A stretch of DNA of 64,000 bases from Leptolyngbyaceae cyanobacterium (GCA_965263355.1 CBDHHL010000032.1:3712001-3776000); one strand, 5' to 3'. Shown: positions 33,876 through 43,229, numbered from the stretch's first letter. Made by a program: numbers and translations. Notes: generated by a model from the letters alone, not told the origin.

Positions 33876-34502
33876 ATGACTGCCACTCTTATTCAAAGTC
33901 CTGATCGAGTGGTTTTAAAAAATATTAGCTGGCAAAGTTATCAGAGCTTGATTCGTGATTTAGCTTAGGAACCGGCAATTCGCCTCACCTATGACCATGG
34001 CACTCTAGAAATTCGGATGCCTCTAGATCCCCATGAAACATTTAAGAAGCTAATTGGTCGGTTGATTAAAGCTGCGACCGAAGAGCTTGACCTAGAAATT
34101 CGTAGTTTAGGTTCTCGTACCTGTGATCGAGAAGATCTTAAAAGTGGTTTAGAACCTGATCAGTGTTATTACATTCAAAATGAGCCGAAGGTTCATGGTA
34201 TTGAGCAAATCGATTTAACTCAATTACCGCCACCGGATTTAGCCGTTGAAATTGATATTACAAGCAGTTCTCTAAATCGATTTGCGATTTATCAGGCTCT
34301 AGAAGTGCCGGAAATCTGGCGTTACGATGGCAACTGTTTGAACATCTACGTTTTGCAGGATGATCAGTACGTTAATCAATTTAATAGTCGAGCATTGCCA
34401 TTATTGACAGCTGCTGAACTTTTGCGATTTCTCACTCCCAACCAAGCCTTAGGTGAAAATACTTTAGTCAAACAATTTCGACAGTGGATGAGACAACGAT
34501 AA
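33876..34502 (+). pseudogene. Uma2-family endonuclease interrupted by an in-frame TAG at 33966-33968
   Basis: ATG 33876 reads MTATLIQSPDRVVLKNISWQSYQSLIRDLA*EPAIRLTYDHGTLEIRMP, in frame with the 34017 ORF (EPDQCYY, PDLAVEIDITS, VPEIWRYDG). Confidence 0.85.
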
Positions 34503-34507
34503 AGATT

Positions 34508-35662
34508 ATGAACGATGATGTTTATCGACTTGCAAATGGTCTCGAAAAATGGCAAATCTGGAGACTAAAAAATCCAGATATCAAAGTTGATTTAAGCAAT
34601 ATTCATTTATCAGAAGAAGTTTCTGACAAACAGCTAACTGTTCTATCCATGAATATTACTCCGGTAATATCTGCTATTTTCTCACTAATTTTCGCGGCTA
34701 TTTGTTTTTTCTACAATTTTCAGGATGTCTTTGATATAGAGAATATTGAGAATGTTGGCCTACTAATTTTGATTGGGCTTGCCTCTGCTGCAATAGCTAT
34801 ATTACTTAGGTTTACCGTTTTTTAAACCATTATTATTATTGTATCTAGCTTTATAATGCGAAGTCTGATACTAACCTTTAAGATAGGGGTAAAGAGTGTT
34901 GATCTTAGCTGTTTTAATTTGAGTAATATAGATTTTTCAAACTCAGATTTAAGTGAGATATATCTTACAAAAGCAGATTTAAGCGGTTCAGATTTTACAG
35001 GTGCGAATCTAACAAATATCAGAGCATTAGAAGCAAATTTTAGTAATGCAAAATTAACAGGAGCTTGCCTTAGCAATCTACAATGTCAGGGCGCAAAGTT
35101 TGATGGTGTACGATGCGATTTTTTCTATCAGCAAGAAGATTACCAGGGGCGATATCCGGCAGAAGGAACCTTGAGCAAAGGGAAATTCTCTAAACTAATT
35201 CAAGATAAGCAGAAGAGAGATAGGCTTCTGAAGCCCATGTCAATACGCTTAGAGTCAGGTAAAAGTAATGAGAATTTGAGAAGAATTTCTGAGCTGATAG
35301 GGGATTCAATAATTGAAGCAATTTTTGATCCATACCTGGATGATACAGCACTTGATAATTTAGGATACTTGAATAGTTATGGAGTGAAATTTTCCAAAAA
35401 TGTAAGATTTTTGACTTCAAGTCCAAAGGCATCAAAGGAAAGTTTTAATGCGTTTTTTCAAGGGATAGCAGAAGATGGTGAAATCAAAAAAATGAAGTCT
35501 AGGAAAGAGCATCGTCGTTTCCTAATACTGGATAAAGATATGGTTCTTATCCTCGGATGCTCTTGGAATCAAATCTCCAAAAATGAAGTTGCATCAATTG
35601 AATTTACTGAAGCGGATCAAGACTTTTTCAATTTAAAGTGGCGAAAAGCTAGAGAAATATGA
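34508..35662 (+). pseudogene. Membrane pentapeptide-repeat protein with PLD-like C-terminal domain, split by an in-frame TAA at 34823-34825
   Basis: ORFs 34484-34825 and 34856-35662 share one frame, separated only by TAA inside a hydrophobic run (FTVF*TIIIIV); visibly AT-rich; C-terminal FDPY...HRRFLILD...GCSWN. Confidence 0.7.
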
Positions 35663-35681
35663 TTTTAGTTCTTTATCGTAG

Positions 35682-36317
35682 CTAGCTATCTCTAATCAAC
35701 TGCTTCATACCTTTAGCGACTTCACAGAGCTGGTTTTCTCGGCGAGTAGAAAGAGTGAATTTATCTGAAAAGTCATACTCGCTAGTTTGTAAATCTGCTT
35801 TAACGAAAAGGAAATCTTCGCCAGTTGTAATCAGCCCAAACGCTTGTGTGGTCGTTTGTACTAGCAAGATCAGGCCAAAGTTTGAGGCCATCTTGCACTA
35901 CGCTAAATCCATACATCGCACTACCAACACATCGATTAGGCCTTTGAGCAGGGTGTCACCATTTTCAATCTCAATTGATATATATTTGCACTTCACCAGG
36001 GTGTCACCATTTTCAATCTCAATTGATATATATTTTTCACCGCGTTTATAGGGCGGATCACGTAGTCCCAAAAGCTCTAACAGTGGAGAAACCAGAATAA
36101 AATCCACTGTACTTTCTGTAATGGCACCATCAGCCTGATAGTAAAGATATCTGCCTTTCAAGCGGTCAAGAGTATTAATTTCTTCCTGGCATAATTCTGG
36201 TAACTCACCTTGCCACTCGAAAAAGAAATCAGCTTTATTAGCAGGGTGCAGGTTGAGACGCTGATGCACCTCGTTTAGGTTGGTAATCGCTGTGGTAACA
36301 GCCAATGTTTGAGTCAT
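35682..36317 (-). pseudogene. Decayed restriction-endonuclease-like gene (HsdR N-terminal-like, cyanobacterial family)
   Basis: FFFEWQGELPEL, LVSPLLELLG, LKGLIDVLVV and FGLITTGEDFLFVK fragments; internal duplication, TAG at 35898-35900 and frameshifted YGFS/PQTLA remnants. Confidence 0.7.
35949..36035. repeat. 39-bp perfect direct repeat with 48-bp period
   Basis: CAGGGTGTCACCATTTTCAATCTCAATTGATATATATTT at 35949 and 35997 (KYISIEIENGDTL twice). Confidence 0.92.
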
Positions 36318-36361
36318 TAAACTCAACTCTAGGAATAGACTCTGATTTTAGTATAGGCTTA

Positions 36362-37336
36362 CTACTTAACTGCCTGCAGTTCTTTTGCGATGTCAGTCAA
36401 GATTTCTCGAACTGAACGTGGCTGCCAGTCTAGTTCTTGCATCGCTTTTTCACCACTAATGCGAACACAGCGATCATATATATAGTGGACTAGCTCATTA
36501 TTCAGAGGTGCATTCCAGGCAAAGACTTTGCCAATAGGGTCTAAGATGCCGCCAATGAGCCTGACTAGGGGTTTAGGTGCATCCGCTGGAGCTTTTACCC
36601 CAGCTGCATCACCTAGAATTTTAAACATTTCACCGATGGAGAGTTCACCTGCGGAGATGATGAAATGTTCACCGGAGGGGGCTTTTTCAGCAGCGAGTAC
36701 CATAGCCTGAACGAGATCGTCAACGTGGACGATGCCGGTGATGCGATCGCACCCTGGCCACAGCGGTAACCGTCCCTTGAGAAATAATTTAATCACCGGC
36801 CCAAAGTGAGGATCGTCCGCTCCAAAAATGCCACCAGGCATAACGCTTACTGCTGAAAACCCATCAGCTACATGCTGATGGATCAGCTGCTGTGCTTTGT
36901 ATTTGGTCTCATCATAAGCCGACGAAAAACCTTTCTGTGTGCGCTGGTAGGTTTCATCAATCACTTTGCCAGCCGTGTCGCCATAAATGCCGATAGTACT
37001 GCAGTAGACTAGCTTTGGTGGATTAGGCTGCGCTTGAATAGCTGCCAATACTGTTTGGGTTCCTTGTACGTTGACCTTTTCCATTCGGGCGGCGTCCACA
37101 ATACCCAAATCTACACAGGCTGCGGTGTGAAATACCCAGTCCATATCGGCCATGGCTGTTTTCAGCGTCTCGCCATTGGTGATATCGCCATAGATCAGCT
37201 GGAGATCTATACCTTTTAAGCGTGATAAATCACTGGTATGTCTAACTAGACCAACAACCTGATGACCTTGGGATGCTAAGAGCTTGACCAAATGGGAGCC
37301 TGTAAAGCCGTTAGCTCCAGTTACCAATGCTTTCAT
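36362..37336 (-). CDS. NAD(P)-dependent extended SDR (candidate 3-keto/ceramide reductase)
   Basis: TGANGFTG, HTAA, YCST, YDETK (YxxxK); ATGA overlap with the upstream GNAT gene. Confidence 0.88.
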   Translation of the reverse strand: MKALVTGANGFTGSHLVKLLASQGHQVVGLVRHTSDLSRLKGIDLQLIYGDITNGETLKTAMADMDWVFHTAACVDLGIVDAARMEKVNVQGTQTVLAAIQAQPNPPKLVYCSTIGIYGDTAGKVIDETYQRTQKGFSSAYDETKYKAQQLIHQHVADGFSAVSVMPGGIFGADDPHFGPVIKLFLKGRLPLWPGCDRITGIVHVDDLVQAMVLAAEKAPSGEHFIISAGELSIGEMFKILGDAAGVKAPADAPKPLVRLIGGILDPIGKVFAWNAPLNNELVHYIYDRCVRISGEKAMQELDWQPRSVREILTDIAKELQAVK

Positions 37337-38475
37337 GCTAATGATTTTTCGTAGATGCGATAGGTTTTGTAGATTGTTGCGCCAGTGCTTTCGATGATGT
37401 TTCGCGATCGCATATTATCCTCATAGACCCAAGACAACTCAGCACGTTTATAGCGTGTTGTCTTCTGAGAGCCACCCTGCATTCCCAAATACACCACTGC
37501 CAATGCCACCATTTTCCGGCTATATTCTGGCAAGGTACAAATAGCTAAAACCCTTGCCTGGTTAATCTGGCGGCGATACCAAAGAAATTTGAGAATACCA
37601 ATGAGATTGAGTTTGCCCTGCACGTGTTTTAGGGCCATGTTGTAATCTGGCAAAGCCATAAAAAAGCCCACCATTTTGTTATCTGATTCTTTTTTTGGGT
37701 CTTCGGCAATAACAAAGATATCGGTATCTACCAGGGGCTGTAACTCCTTTGCTTCCTCCATAAACTCATCTTCGGTACGAGCGCTAGAACTCCAATTGTG
37801 GGCAAACGCGGTAGTGAATAGCTCGTAAATGTGACGACAGTCCTGTTCAAACGCCTCACCTTTGGTTTGGATAGCACGAAACGTAATGCCCGCTTTCCGA
37901 GCGATTTTATAGCCTCGCTCAAAGCTGTCGGGTAAAGGTTTATCCACACGGAAATCATAGGCATAAGCATCTTTAGCCTTATGCCACCCATTAACCTCCA
38001 TAATGTCCAGATAGTACTGGGGGTTGTAAGGCATCATCAGCATTGGAGCTGCATCGAACCCATCGGCTAAAAAAAGACAATTGTTGTGGGTGGACAGATC
38101 TATGGGACCGCGAGCAATCCTCATACCCTGATGTTTTAGCCAATTAGTAGCTGCATTTAAGAGTGCTTGACCGATATCAAGATCATTAATGCACTCAAAG
38201 AAACCTATGAGCCCAATTGCCTCGGTTTCTCGCTCAAGCAGTCGATTATTGACGGCGGCCACAATTCGCCCCACAGGTTGCTCTCCCTGATAAGCAATAA
38301 ACTGTTGTAGTCTGCCGTATTGAAAAAAAGGATTCTCATCAGAAAATTGCTTAGCCGTGCTCGATTCAATCGGGGCAACCCAATAGGGATCATTACGATA
38401 GACATAGGCTGGCACAGCAAAAAAATCTGCCTGTTCCGTGGTGGTAGTGACCGGCTTAGTGGAGAAGTTACTCAT
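37333..38475 (-). CDS. YghO/bCerS-like GNAT-fold N-acyltransferase
   Basis: GRIVA, GFFECIND, RGP...GFD..PMLMMPYNPQYY, ALPDYN, ELSWVYEDN, YKTYRIYEK. Confidence 0.82.
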   Translation of the reverse strand: MSNFSTKPVTTTTEQADFFAVPAYVYRNDPYWVAPIESSTAKQFSDENPFFQYGRLQQFIAYQGEQPVGRIVAAVNNRLLERETEAIGLIGFFECINDLDIGQALLNAATNWLKHQGMRIARGPIDLSTHNNCLFLADGFDAAPMLMMPYNPQYYLDIMEVNGWHKAKDAYAYDFRVDKPLPDSFERGYKIARKAGITFRAIQTKGEAFEQDCRHIYELFTTAFAHNWSSSARTEDEFMEEAKELQPLVDTDIFVIAEDPKKESDNKMVGFFMALPDYNMALKHVQGKLNLIGILKFLWYRRQINQARVLAICTLPEYSRKMVALAVVYLGMQGGSQKTTRYKRAELSWVYEDNMRSRNIIESTGATIYKTYRIYEKSLA

Positions 38476-38482
38476 GGAAGAC

Positions 38483-38597
38483 GTGAGTAGTAAATGGTGA
38501 ATGGTGAATGGTGCTTGAAGTTAGATGTTTTTGCTATTAAAACCTAGCTGATTGATCTGAACTTACTAACCAATCATCAATCACCATTCACTTACTA
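38483..38597. repeat. Inverted pair of short 7-mer tandem arrays (STRR-like)
   Basis: (AATGGTG)3 at 38493-38513 faces degenerate complementary units CCAAT-CATCAAT-CACCATT-CAC at about 38570-38591. Confidence 0.65.
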
Positions 38598-39878
38598 TGC
38601 ATACTGAGCGATTGCACCACCTAGCTTTTGGCGGACAGCTGTCATTGCCTCTACTAACCGATCCATTTCGGCCTGGGTGTGCAGGGCATTGGCCGTAATC
38701 CGTAGACGAGGCTTGGCAATAAACCAGATGGCTGAAACCCAAATGCTGTGTTCTTCCATCAGAGCACGGGCAAAGGATTTGGGATCTAGATCAGGGGGTA
38801 ACAGTACAGGCACTACATTGGTCTCACCGATAGCGTCAAAGCCAGCGGCAATTAGCTTAGAACGTAGATAGCGCGTATTAGCTTGGAGCTTTGCTACGCG
38901 TTCTGGCTGGCTTCGTACCTGGCGGATACTCTCCAGCGCAGCGGCTGTTACCGGTGGCGGTAAAGAAATTGTACCGATGGATGTGGGTGACACATCTAAT
39001 AGGTCTATGAGTTCACGGTTTGGGGCACTAATGGCCGCACCCGCTGACCCAGCAAACTTTGAAAACGTAGTCATGATGATGGGCACAATGCCACGGTCAA
39101 TCACTGACTGGGGCGTAATGCCAAAGTGATCATAAATGCCTTCGCCTTTGCCACCGATGGCACCGCTAGCATGGGCTTCGTCCATAACAACAATGCTGCC
39201 AGGGTAGTCTTCCATAATGTCGAGCATACGAGGCAGGGGTACCACATCACCATCCATCGAGAAGACAGCATCAGAAATGACAATCACTCGATCATCAGGA
39301 CGCACATAGCGACGCATCTTCCGCTCCAGATCGTCCATATCGCAGTGACGATAGGCCTTGACGCGCACCTTAGGACTGTGGCCGAACATCTTGCCTGAGC
39401 GATTGTCAGCATTAACCACGGCAGCAATAATGCAGCCATGATTCAGCACATCGCTAAAGATAATCGTTTCACGAGTATGCTGAAAGCCCTGTACAGGCAC
39501 TGCCAGATGGCAAAAGCCATCCATCAGTGCCTGTAAGGCCATCCATGCATTGAGAAATAGTTGAGTATGGGGTAAGTGCTTGAAGACGGAAATTTCCTCT
39601 TCTAGTTGACGGTGCAAATCAATGCGACCACTCAGCACCGAACAAGAACTGTTAGAGGTGCCATAGCGACGGATGGAGTCGATAGCAGCCTGTGTGACAG
39701 CATTGTCTTGGGCCATGCCCAAGACATCATTGGTACAGAACGTCAGAACCTGGTGCCGTTTGCCAGTTCCCTGCTCTTCTACATCAATCTGGTTACCATT
39801 TTTTTGATGGCAAATGAACTTGTCAGGGTATAACCCGCTTGCATGCAAACGTTGCACGTAGTCATTAACGACTTCCAC
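38595..39878 (-). CDS. PLP-dependent alpha-oxoamine synthase, serine palmitoyltransferase-like
   Basis: SDVLNHGCI, YRHCDMDDLE, DAVFSMDGD, DEAHASG, TTFSK (PLP lysine), RLRIT..ALHT; AGGAG before the GTG start. Confidence 0.88.
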   Translation of the reverse strand: MEVVNDYVQRLHASGLYPDKFICHQKNGNQIDVEEQGTGKRHQVLTFCTNDVLGMAQDNAVTQAAIDSIRRYGTSNSSCSVLSGRIDLHRQLEEEISVFKHLPHTQLFLNAWMALQALMDGFCHLAVPVQGFQHTRETIIFSDVLNHGCIIAAVVNADNRSGKMFGHSPKVRVKAYRHCDMDDLERKMRRYVRPDDRVIVISDAVFSMDGDVVPLPRMLDIMEDYPGSIVVMDEAHASGAIGGKGEGIYDHFGITPQSVIDRGIVPIIMTTFSKFAGSAGAAISAPNRELIDLLDVSPTSIGTISLPPPVTAAALESIRQVRSQPERVAKLQANTRYLRSKLIAAGFDAIGETNVVPVLLPPDLDPKSFARALMEEHSIWVSAIWFIAKPRLRITANALHTQAEMDRLVEAMTAVRQKLGGAIAQYA

Positions 39879-39996
39879 AATTTACTCCTCATCACCTACA
39901 TTGAGCATATCAATCAACCAAGGTCTAGGCTAAAAGCTGAGCAACCTTTGGCAGCAGACCTTGGCAACGGGGCTTGGGTATCCCCAAGCGGGCGAA

Positions 39997-41121
39997 TCAC
40001 ACAAGCATACCGCTACTAACCTCCTGAGACGGTTGGATAGAAGACTCTTTTGGAACCTCCAAAGAAGAGGAATGAGGAACTTCTAAACGCTCATACTGAC
40101 CGACAATGACTCTTTGAAGAGCGATGATTGCCGGATTAACTTCGACGTAGTTGCGGTGAGGATTGATGGAATAGTTATGCTGCTCACTTTCCATCATTTC
40201 TACGTCCTGATGTAGAAATTTGAGAAAAATACTGTTCAAAATTACCTTTTCTAGCACGTTAGCCAGTGGACCACTCAATAACCATTGAGGTAATGGCAAT
40301 TTAAGGAATAACAACGAAAAGGATCTTGTCTCGGTAGGACCCATCGGTAATCGCATTAGGTAAAGGGATGATACAGACTCTAATGCGGTGGCATAGTGGG
40401 GATATTGATAACGAATGGAAACTGTACGGGTGGTACTACTATTGCCCTTTGCCCCTAAACCAAGAAGCTTGCTTAAGAAGCCGTCATAGGAAACCTGGTA
40501 ATCGGCTGATACACCGTCGTCATCTTGTTTCAGATTAAGCAGCTTAGGATCGTACCAGCCTTGCAGGTCTTTGTGCAGAAACCCATGAAATACATCCATT
40601 GTGTTTTCATTGCAGATGGAGAAATGGGCATTAAAATGTCCTGGAATACGGACCATAAACCAGCCTGGTTGACCATACTGGGGTACTTCCGGTAAGGAGT
40701 GTTGAGCTGCTAGCTCTAGCTCTCCCGGAAAGACCCATACAATTCCATATGCTTCTTGGGTTGGATAGTGACGGGCTTGTGCACAAGGTAATTTTTGTTC
40801 CTGAGGAAAGTAAGGAATACCAACGCACTGACCATGGCTGTTAAATTCCCAACCATGGTACGGACAAACTAGGTTGTTTCCATGTACTTCTCCTCGATGA
40901 AGTTCAACACCTTTGTGGGGACAGGCATTAGCCAGGGCATTGACTGCTCCATCAGCATCGCGGTAAACCGCCAAGGATTCTTCCCATACCTGAACAGAAA
41001 CCACATCTCCCCGCTTAAGCTGATCGGCCCACAAGACTGGATACCAATAATTGGGGTTAATACCAACAGCGCGTGCACGTCGGTATATGGGTTGACCTTT
41101 AAGAACAGCAGACGCTTCCAT
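39997..41121 (-). CDS. Rieske non-haem iron oxygenase (alpha-subunit type)
   Basis: CPHKG...CPYHGW Rieske motif; ENTMDVFHGFLH and HQD mononuclear iron ligands. Confidence 0.92.
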   Translation of the reverse strand: MEASAVLKGQPIYRRARAVGINPNYWYPVLWADQLKRGDVVSVQVWEESLAVYRDADGAVNALANACPHKGVELHRGEVHGNNLVCPYHGWEFNSHGQCVGIPYFPQEQKLPCAQARHYPTQEAYGIVWVFPGELELAAQHSLPEVPQYGQPGWFMVRIPGHFNAHFSICNENTMDVFHGFLHKDLQGWYDPKLLNLKQDDDGVSADYQVSYDGFLSKLLGLGAKGNSSTTRTVSIRYQYPHYATALESVSSLYLMRLPMGPTETRSFSLLFLKLPLPQWLLSGPLANVLEKVILNSIFLKFLHQDVEMMESEQHNYSINPHRNYVEVNPAIIALQRVIVGQYERLEVPHSSSLEVPKESSIQPSQEVSSGMLV

Positions 41122-41538
41122 CTTCTAGAGCTAGAAATAAGGGTTGAGAGTGATCAGCAACAAAGTTCTTCCACTGTACGAGACCTATCTTGATTTTTAC
41201 TGAGTGAAGCCCCAGTATGCTCAGATTTTTGACTCAAACCGGGTGTCATTGTGGTTGCAGTATGACGGTAGTAAGTGCGCTACCGTCTACATTTAGTGAC
41301 GCTTCGCGAACTGGCAATGAAGTCTAGAAATAATGTTCGAGTAATCAGCTAGAACATTAACAGCCGCCTCAAAGACCAATGGACATATACACGTAACAAA
41401 GCCAGCAGGGCAGGTATAAGTTTTTGCTTATGTCTAACCCTATAACCAGTTATGGGTAATGTTAACATCTATTAACTTGTCGCGAACGATTGGCCCCGGT
41501 TGGTGTTGTTTCTGCAAGTGTTGTTGTGTGCCCCCTCT

Positions 41539-42741
41539 ATGACCACTGTTTATCAAAAATCCGTTGCTCCTGAGCTAGAGCAGCTCAAGGGATTACCGTC
41601 ACCACAACGTCACTCTTGGCGAGTATTAGCTGTCTTGATGATGGCGGGATGTTTGTCGAGTGCAGCTGGAGCGGTTGTCGCGCCAGTTTTTCCAGAAATT
41701 GTGGCTCAATTTGAACTCAGTAGCCGTTGGGCTGGGGTTTTAGTCAGTACCCATACCCTGACTACAGCGTTGGCTAGTTTGATATTTGGGTTGTTGGCAA
41801 GTCGTTTAGGTAGTGCTCGTATCCTGATAGCTTGTCTGTTTGGTTATGCGGCCTTTGGCAGTTTGGGCGCGTTGGCCCATGGATTTTGGGGGATTTTACT
41901 ATCGAGAGCATTGGTGGGTTTGGCCAGTGGGGGGATTGGAGCAGGCAGTATTGGTATTCTGAGCAATCTTTATGATGGTGAAGCCCGTACTCGGATGATG
42001 GGCTATGCTACCAGTGCATTAGCTACGGCTACGGTGATTTTTCCGGTTTTGGCTGGCTGGCTGGGACTGTATCATTGGCGCTGGGCGTTTGCTCTTTATG
42101 GTTTAGGGTTGCCAGCGGCACTTGCTGGTTTTTGGATTTTACCGAAGGGGCGCAATCGTTCGATGGCGATGCCCCAGACTGAAGGAATTGGCAATATTCT
42201 GAGACGAGGAAAGGTATTGCTGTTGTTGCTGGCGTTAGCTGTGGCTTCAGCTATTTTTTATGTTGTAGTGGTGTACGCGCCACTTTATCTGAAGCAGGCG
42301 ATCAATGCGTCTTCATTATTGAATGGGTATGTTTTAGCGGCTCGTTCCGTAGGGGCGGCTGTTATCGCTGCTGTAGGGGCTGCAAAGGTTTCTAGGCGAC
42401 TAGGGGCTGGGGGTGCGATCGCAACCGGTTTTCTCCTTATGGCCATTTCTCTTGCGACTATCCCACGTGTTTTAGCACCTTCCCTGATGCTGTTAGCGGG
42501 TTTACTGTTTGGCCTTGGCTTTGGTCTGGTAATGCCTAATTTTTACAGCGCTCTGGCCGACGTATCCTCCGATTCTCAACGGTCTGGAGTACTGGCCATT
42601 GGTACTGGTTGCGCCTCCCTTGGCCAATTTGTCTCCCCGTTTATTTTTGGCCCCATTTGGGCGGGGGCAGACACCCAGGTGTTTTACATCGCAGCGATCA
42701 TTGCTGCTACGGTAGGGATTCTCAACTGGATGCGTCGTTAG
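41539..42741 (+). CDS. MFS transporter
   Basis: About 12 hydrophobic helices, GLLASRLGS motif-A-like, WRWAF. Confidence 0.9.
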   Translation: MTTVYQKSVAPELEQLKGLPSPQRHSWRVLAVLMMAGCLSSAAGAVVAPVFPEIVAQFELSSRWAGVLVSTHTLTTALASLIFGLLASRLGSARILIACLFGYAAFGSLGALAHGFWGILLSRALVGLASGGIGAGSIGILSNLYDGEARTRMMGYATSALATATVIFPVLAGWLGLYHWRWAFALYGLGLPAALAGFWILPKGRNRSMAMPQTEGIGNILRRGKVLLLLLALAVASAIFYVVVVYAPLYLKQAINASSLLNGYVLAARSVGAAVIAAVGAAKVSRRLGAGGAIATGFLLMAISLATIPRVLAPSLMLLAGLLFGLGFGLVMPNFYSALADVSSDSQRSGVLAIGTGCASLGQFVSPFIFGPIWAGADTQVFYIAAIIAATVGILNWMRR

Positions 42742-42749
42742 CCTGTGCC

Positions 42750-43229
42750 ATGATCCTCAAACAGTCCTTACTCACGTTTCTCAAAACCGGTGCCATTCCC
42801 GTGCTGCTGACTACCGTTGCCATTCGGCAGATCGTTTTAGTCCATACGGTGGGGCTAAGTCCCTGGCATGGTGGTGGTTTTGGTATGTTCGCCTCTATGG
42901 ATCGTGATGAACGCCGGGTGATTACCGCGCAGCTAGAGTGTGACCCAACTGAAATTCTGGCGTTACCTGGTTTACTTGCGGATGCGCCTGAGCTAGTCAA
43001 AGAGAAAACCTACACCCACATCAGCACCTTTCCCACAGAATTTCAGCTACAGCGTTTAGGAAAACTGCTTGCTGCCAAGCCTGCAGACGGTTTTCCTGGT
43101 GCTATTACTGAGTTACAGACTGAGAACCCATGCGGAGAAAAATGGCAGCTCCAGGCGTGGCGGTTGGTTTACGGAGAGGGGACCATTGTCTATGAACCGA
43201 TCACCGAGCCGGTTGAGGTGTTGCCATGA
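42750..43229 (+). CDS. Single-TM hypothetical protein with PWHGGGFGMFA motif
   Basis: ATG 9 nt after the MFS stop; ATGA overlap with the next gene. Confidence 0.75.
   Translation: MILKQSLLTFLKTGAIPVLLTTVAIRQIVLVHTVGLSPWHGGGFGMFASMDRDERRVITAQLECDPTEILALPGLLADAPELVKEKTYTHISTFPTEFQLQRLGKLLAAKPADGFPGAITELQTENPCGEKWQLQAWRLVYGEGTIVYEPITEPVEVLP

Noticed and set aside
33966..33968. Programmed TAG readthrough or recoding in Uma2
   Set aside because: TAG is used as a normal stop elsewhere (e.g. petH) and neighbouring genes are also broken, so a nonsense mutation is simpler
35949..36035. Possible mini-CRISPR array
   Set aside because: Only two repeats with a 9-bp gap, inside a coding remnant, and no cas genes
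38595..39878. Annotation as bioF (biotin synthesis)
   Set aside because: No bio genes nearby, and the neighbours are a bCerS-like GNAT and an SDR; not formally excluded without a phylogeny
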